DNA from: Flavobacteriales bacterium
Lineage (GTDB): Bacteria; Bacteroidota; Bacteroidia; NS11-12g; UBA9320
Direction: 5' to 3'
Length of the DNA stretch: 64,000 nt
Assembly (NCBI GenBank): GCA_020635395.1
Contig: JACJZV010000004.1
Coordinates: 159,429-223,428 of the forward strand
Part shown: positions 59,404 through 64,000 of the stretch, in pieces
How positions within the stretch are numbered: the stretch's first letter is position 1
Layout of the letters: the number at the start of each line of letters is the position of its first letter
The notes under the pieces: model-generated
Databases searched by the model: none
What the model was told of the DNA's origin: nothing
Seen by the model: the letters and a program-made list of their open reading frames with translations, nothing else
Translations under genes and position numbers: made by a program

Positions 59404-61722
59404 ATGAATTTACAAGCAATTAGAAAAACAATTGATTTCGGCGATGGCCGAGCTATAACCTTAGAGACAGGAAGAATGGCCAGACAGGCCGATGGCTCAA
59501 TTGTACTGAGCATGGGAAACACCATGATTTTGGCCACCGTGGTTTCTTTAAAAGAAGCCCGAGAAGGCATTGATTTTTTACCACTTTCTGTTGATTACCA
59601 AGAAAAATTTGCGGCAGTTGGCCGCGTACCAGGTTCTTTTTTACGAAGAGAGGGCCGATTGAGTGATTATGAGGTTTTAATCTCTCGTTTGGTTGACCGT
59701 GCTTTGCGACCATTATTCCCAAACGATTATCATTCTGAAACGCAGGTTTATATCCAACTTATCTCTAATGATGAGAATATAAATCCAGATTGTTTGGTTG
59801 GTTTGGCGGCATCAGCGGCCATTACCATTACCGACATTCCGTTTGAAGGCCCTATTTCTGAGGTGCGGGTGGGCAGAGTTGATGGAAAATTTATCATCAA
59901 CCCATTTCGCGATGAAATGGAGAAAAGTGATATTGACCTAATGGTAGCCGGAACCGCCCACGACATAAACATGGTGGAAGGCGAAATGAACGGCATTTCA
60001 GAAAAAGAAATGGTAGAAGCCTTGAAAGTGGCTCACGACTACATCAAAAAACAATGTGCTGCACAGTTAGAATTGTGCGAACTATTGGGTGGCCGTCCTG
60101 CTCCAAGAGAATACAATCACGAGGACAACGATGAAGAATTGGCTGCCAAAGTAAAAGCCGATTTATATCAAAAATTGTATGATGTGGCTGTGACACCATC
60201 CGATAAAAATGCCCGCAGTGAAGCGTTTGCAACTGTATTTAACTCATACACCGAAGAACTTGGCGAAGAGTTTATGGCCGAAAAAGGTCATTTGGTAAAG
60301 AAATATTTCGGAAAAGTTAAAAAAGCTGCCGTTAGAAATATGGTGTTAGAAACCCGTCAGCGGTTGGATGGGCGAAAACTTGATGAAGTACGCCCAATCT
60401 GGACAGAAATTGGTCCATTACCATCACCTCATGGCTCAGCGTTGTTCACAAGAGGAGAAACGCAATCATTAACCACCGTGACTCTTGGTTCAAAACTTGA
60501 CGAGCAATTGTTGGACAGTCCAAATCTATCGGGCTACAACAAATTTATGCTTCATTACAACTTCCCGGCATTTTCTACCGGAGAAGCAAGACCAAACAGA
60601 GGACCTGGCAGAAGAGAAATTGGTCATGGCAATTTGGCCATGAGAGGCTTAAAGAAAATGTTGCCAGACGATGTAGGCTATACAGTTCGTGTGGTTTCTG
60701 ATATTTTAGAATCGAACGGATCAAGCTCTATGGCAACTGTTTGTGCAGGATCTATGGCCTTGATGGATGCCGGAATAAAAATGAAAGCAGGACTCAGCGG
60801 TGTGGCTATGGGAATGATTAGCGATGAGGATTCAGGAAAATATGCCATCCTAACAGACATCTTAGGAGATGAAGACCATCTTGGAGACATGGATTTTAAG
60901 GTGGTTGGAAACGAAAACGGTATCTATGCTTGTCAAATGGATATGAAAGTCAACGGACTTTCTTATGATGTTTTGGAAGAGGCTTTGATGCAAGCAAAAG
61001 AAGGTAGAATGCATATTCTGAAAGAAATGCAAAAAACCATTTCTACTGCCGCCGAAGATTTGAAGCCACATGCACCTCGATTGGTTAAATTTAAAGTAGA
61101 GAAAGACAAAATTGGGGCGATTATTGGTTCTGGAGGAAAGGTTATTCAAGATATTCAAGAAAGAACTAAAACAACTGTTACTATTGAAGAAATTGATGGT
61201 TTTGGTTGGGTTGAAATATTGTCGAGTAACAGAGACGGATTGGAGCAAGCCAAGAAAATTATTGATGGCATTTGCGAAGAACCAGAAGTTGGCAAAGTGT
61301 ATGAGGGTGTTGTTAAAGGAATTATGGAGTTTGGTGCATTTGTTGAATTCCTTCCGGGAAAACAAGGTTTGCTGCATATTTCTGAAATAAAATGGGAGCG
61401 TCTTGAAACCATGGATGGTGTGCTTGAAGATGGCGAAGAAGTGAAAGTAAAACTTCTCGACGTTGACAAAAAAACCGGAAAATTCAAACTTTCAAGAAAG
61501 GTATTGCTTGAGAAACCCGAAGGATACGTTGAACCTCAAAGACGCGAAAACCGCGACGGCGACAGGGGAGACAGAAATGACAGAAACCGTGGTGACCGCG
61601 GCGACCGAAGAGGCGGCAACGGAAACAACAACCGAAACGGAGGAAGAGGTGGCAACTTTAAAGGAAATAATAAAGGAAACCACAACCGTCCGCGACCTGC
61701 GGAAAATGACTCAGTTGGATAG
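59404..61722 (+). CDS. pnp: polyribonucleotide nucleotidyltransferase (PNPase) with Arg/Gly/Asn-rich C-terminal tail
   Basis: Two RNase PH domains (GRMARQADGS, FTRGETQSL), KH (IGSGGKVIQ) and S1 (GVVKGIMEFGAFVEFLPGKQGLLHISE) domains. A ~70-aa low-complexity tail follows the S1 domain. Confidence 0.97.
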   Translation: MNLQAIRKTIDFGDGRAITLETGRMARQADGSIVLSMGNTMILATVVSLKEAREGIDFLPLSVDYQEKFAAVGRVPGSFLRREGRLSDYEVLISRLVDRALRPLFPNDYHSETQVYIQLISNDENINPDCLVGLAASAAITITDIPFEGPISEVRVGRVDGKFIINPFRDEMEKSDIDLMVAGTAHDINMVEGEMNGISEKEMVEALKVAHDYIKKQCAAQLELCELLGGRPAPREYNHEDNDEELAAKVKADLYQKLYDVAVTPSDKNARSEAFATVFNSYTEELGEEFMAEKGHLVKKYFGKVKKAAVRNMVLETRQRLDGRKLDEVRPIWTEIGPLPSPHGSALFTRGETQSLTTVTLGSKLDEQLLDSPNLSGYNKFMLHYNFPAFSTGEARPNRGPGRREIGHGNLAMRGLKKMLPDDVGYTVRVVSDILESNGSSSMATVCAGSMALMDAGIKMKAGLSGVAMGMISDEDSGKYAILTDILGDEDHLGDMDFKVVGNENGIYACQMDMKVNGLSYDVLEEALMQAKEGRMHILKEMQKTISTAAEDLKPHAPRLVKFKVEKDKIGAIIGSGGKVIQDIQERTKTTVTIEEIDGFGWVEILSSNRDGLEQAKKIIDGICEEPEVGKVYEGVVKGIMEFGAFVEFLPGKQGLLHISEIKWERLETMDGVLEDGEEVKVKLLDVDKKTGKFKLSRKVLLEKPEGYVEPQRRENRDGDRGDRNDRNRGDRGDRRGGNGNNNRNGGRGGNFKGNNKGNHNRPRPAENDSVG

Positions 61723-61762
61723 TCGTCTGATTTATGTGAACATATTTTTAAACAAAATAATT

Positions 61763-61789
61763 AAAAAGTGGCCTCGAGCCACTTTTTTT
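61763..61789 (+). terminator. rho-independent terminator of pnp
   Basis: AAAAAGTGGC-ctcga-GCCACTTTTT with the T-run continuing to 61789. The track's GTG start for the next ORF lies inside this hairpin. Confidence 0.7.
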
Positions 61790-61794
61790 GTGCC

Positions 61795-62598
61795 ATGCAA
61801 CGCACTACAGAAACCGATTCTTTATACGACAATCTTGAGCAAATGGAGATTGTGGATTTAATAAAATCCATCAACGAACTTGACCAATCTGTGGCCGTGA
61901 GCGTGTCAAAACAAATTGACTCCATTTCTAAATTAGCCAAAGCCATTTTTGAAAAAATGACGCACGGTGGCCGACTGTTTTACATAGGTTCGGGCACCAG
62001 TGGCAGGTTGGGCGTTGTTGATGCCAGTGAGTGTCCTCCCACTTTTGGGGTTGCCCATGGAAGAGTTATAGGCATTATCGCCGGAGGTGATTCGGCCATT
62101 AGGAAAGCAGTTGAAAATGCTGAAGACGACAGGCATCAGGCTTGGATTGATTTAAAATCTCACGACATTACTGAAAATGATTTTGTGGTGGGTATTAGTG
62201 CCAGCGGCACAACACCTTATGTTATTGGCGGACTAAAAATGTGTACCGAAAACCATATCAAAACAGGTTCTATAGCTTGCAATGAAAATAGCGAGATGGG
62301 CAAAATAGCCGACTTTGCCGTTGATTGTCCGGTAGGGCCTGAATTTGTTACGGGCAGCACACGAATGAAAAGCGGAACAGCCCAAAAAATGATTTTAAAT
62401 ATGCTCACCACCTCCGTAATGATTAAACTTGGGCATGTGAAAGGCAACAAAATGGTGGATATGCAGCTTACCAATGCCAAATTAATTGATCGAGGAACAA
62501 GAATGATTATGCAAAAAAGCACATTGAGTTATGAACAGGCTAAAGAAGCCCTATTGAAATGGGGAAGCGTGCGAAAAGTGCTGGAAAATTTAACTTAG
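61795..62598 (+). CDS. murQ: N-acetylmuramic acid 6-phosphate etherase
   Basis: SIS domain with YIGSGTSGRLGVVDASECPPTFG and ISASGTTPYV. Start set at ATG 61795, downstream of the pnp terminator. Confidence 0.88.
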   Translation: MQRTTETDSLYDNLEQMEIVDLIKSINELDQSVAVSVSKQIDSISKLAKAIFEKMTHGGRLFYIGSGTSGRLGVVDASECPPTFGVAHGRVIGIIAGGDSAIRKAVENAEDDRHQAWIDLKSHDITENDFVVGISASGTTPYVIGGLKMCTENHIKTGSIACNENSEMGKIADFAVDCPVGPEFVTGSTRMKSGTAQKMILNMLTTSVMIKLGHVKGNKMVDMQLTNAKLIDRGTRMIMQKSTLSYEQAKEALLKWGSVRKVLENLT

Positions 62599-62617
62599 TC
62601 CCATTCAAACTTGTCGG

Positions 62618-63325
62618 GTGTCAACAAAAAGCATTTTCAGATTTAAACAGTTTAAAATAAATCAAACACATTCTGCCATGAAAATTGGCACAGATGGAGT
62701 GCTTTTGGGGGCTTGGGCAACGCACAGAAATCCGAAACATATTTTAGACATTGGCACCGGCACCGGATTGATTGCGTTGATGTTGGCTCAGCGATTTTCG
62801 CATGCGAAAATCGCAGCAGTAGAAATTGATAAAACAGCTTTTTGTGAGGCAAAGGAAAATTTTAAAAACTCAAATTTTGCAGATAGAATATTAATTAAAC
62901 ACACAGATATTCAGCATTATAACACCGAGTCAATGTTCGACTTGATAGTGAGCAACCCCCCCTTTTTTGAACATAGTTTGCCTGCCGGAAGCACAGAAAG
63001 AACCACTGCTCGGCACGAAACGTTGAGTTTGCAAGAACTTCTTTTTTATGCCAAAAAACTTCTTAACCCAAACGGAAATTTTTGTTTGATTTTTCCGGCC
63101 AACCGCCAAAAAGAATTGATTGAAAAAGCCGAAAACATTGGTTTATTTTTCGAAAAAATTGTTCATGTAAGAGGCAGAAAAACCTCCGAAGTCAAACGAA
63201 TATTGGTGTGTTTAGGATTGACCCCAAGCCACACTTTGACCGATGAGTTAACCATAGAAACTGCCCGACACGAATACACCGAAGAATACATTGAGTTAAC
63301 CAAAGATTTTTATTTAAAAATGTGA
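62618..63325 (+). CDS. trmN6: tRNA1(Val) (adenine37-N6)-methyltransferase-like SAM methyltransferase (YfiC/TrmN6 family)
   Basis: FRFKQFKINQ..SAMKIGTDGVLLGAWA, ILDIGTGTGLIALMLAQR and the N6-MTase motif SNPPFF. Confidence 0.78.
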   Translation: MSTKSIFRFKQFKINQTHSAMKIGTDGVLLGAWATHRNPKHILDIGTGTGLIALMLAQRFSHAKIAAVEIDKTAFCEAKENFKNSNFADRILIKHTDIQHYNTESMFDLIVSNPPFFEHSLPAGSTERTTARHETLSLQELLFYAKKLLNPNGNFCLIFPANRQKELIEKAENIGLFFEKIVHVRGRKTSEVKRILVCLGLTPSHTLTDELTIETARHEYTEEYIELTKDFYLKM

Positions 63326-63414
63326 TGGATGATGAGACTTAATAAACCATTTGCTTATTTTTCCACCAGAAATAAAAATTGCATACCTAATCAATAAATA
63401 AGCAATTGCCCATA

Positions 63415-64000
63415 ATGAAATATAAGAACATACGAGAAGAAGAACTTAAAAACAAAATTGCTCAGGACTTTTTTTGGATGTATGACAGCACCAAAATAAT
63501 TGGCAATGTGGACTTCTGTGTTTGTATGCACCACAGCCAAACGGAACAATTTAACCAAGAGTCTCTTCTTTGGGCGGAGGCCAAAAAGGGGTCTTCTGAT
63601 ATACATAAATCCATTGTTCAACTCATATTAACCATCGGCAAAGCACGAACTTTTGACAAGTTTTTACCACCGGCTATGTTGGGAGCATTTGATGGAGAAA
63701 AAATTGCTTTTGTTCCATACGATGCCATTCATGACGTTTTTTATTTGAATGATTTTAACTGGAACGTTACTCCCTCAAACCACGAAACAAGAGAGTTTAA
63801 ACTTATTTTGGAGAAGGTAACCCAGGTTATTGAGAAAGAAGCATTACTTTTCAACTATCTCCACGATGAAAAAGAATTAATTCGTTTTATTAAGGCAAAT
63901 TTTAAGGTTGGAAAATTTGGTTTGACCAAGACCAGAATTGACAAAAACAACTTTATGATAATTTACAACAAATGGTTGCAAACCGTGAAACCAACAATTG
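63415..64000 (+). CDS. hypothetical protein, 5' part only (runs off right edge); N-terminal PD-(D/E)xK-like nuclease motif, possible restriction/defence enzyme
   Basis: Open frame from ATG 63415 to the window end (195 codons). It is absent from the track because no stop is in the window. GNVDFCV...LLWAEAKKG resembles a D...(D/E)xK nuclease core. Confidence 0.55.
   Translation, partial: MKYKNIREEELKNKIAQDFFWMYDSTKIIGNVDFCVCMHHSQTEQFNQESLLWAEAKKGSSDIHKSIVQLILTIGKARTFDKFLPPAMLGAFDGEKIAFVPYDAIHDVFYLNDFNWNVTPSNHETREFKLILEKVTQVIEKEALLFNYLHDEKELIRFIKANFKVGKFGLTKTRIDKNNFMIIYNKWLQTVKPTI

Noticed and set aside
60862-61861. Antisense and alternative-frame ORFs in pnp (60862-61377 minus, 61155-61487 minus, 61463-61861 plus, 61492-61683 minus)
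   Set aside because: They overlap the PNPase KH/S1 region and the repetitive RG-tail codons (giving TETTTETEEE-type peptides). The plus-strand one also runs through the pnp terminator.
6298-63352. Recurring AACCATTT(A/G) 8-9-mer in several convergent spacers (6298, 6375, 48869, 63345)
   Set aside because: A roughly 8-bp AT-rich word is expected a few times by chance in 64 kb on two strands. Similarity does not extend convincingly beyond it, apart from the tandem pair.

Overview
AT-rich chromosomal window from a Bacteroidota genome. The assignment is inferred from T9SS type A and type B C-terminal sorting domains, a PorP/SprF gene, a UpxY-type NusG paralog, TAnnTTTG -7 boxes just upstream of several starts, and a dcw cluster lacking murF and ddl. 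Most of the window is housekeeping. It holds the complete reverse-strand dcw operon (mraZ-rsmH-ftsL-ftsI-murE-mraY-murD-ftsW-murG-murC-ftsQ-ftsA-ftsZ, 6.5-21.5 kb), iscSUA, mce, aconitase, dprA, queA, dnaE, rpsO-pnp and murQ. I saw no rRNA, tRNA, CRISPR array, transposase or integrase. Four things stand out. (1) A 1528-bp single-gene islet lies directly after dnaE. It is bounded by 116-bp direct repeats that duplicate the last 37 codons plus the stop of dnaE, and all three mismatches between the copies are synonymous. (2) A 1619-aa T9SS type-B-CTD adhesin (DUF2341-like N-terminus, ten tandem ~87-aa Cys-containing repeats, PKD-like modules) is paired with a PorP/SprF protein. That partner carries a long C-terminal extension of thrombospondin-type-3 Ca-binding repeats ending in a SPOR-like module. 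(3) A triple 10-bp-phased GTGGG operator sits upstream of mraZ, next to a divergently transcribed orphan UpxY/NusG paralog. (4) Two edge-truncated genes are missing from the ORF track. One is a >520-codon secreted protein at the left edge. The other is a right-edge ORF with a PD-(D/E)xK-like motif that may begin a restriction/defence gene. Smaller items are a tandem 77-bp hairpin repeat between bcp and ftsZ, a (TG)8 tract in a GC-rich hairpin patch upstream of a T9SS cargo gene, a VapC/DUF2281 toxin-antitoxin cassette, an NfeD-flotillin pair and an RG-rich tail on PNPase. All functional calls come from motif recognition by eye. No database search was run.
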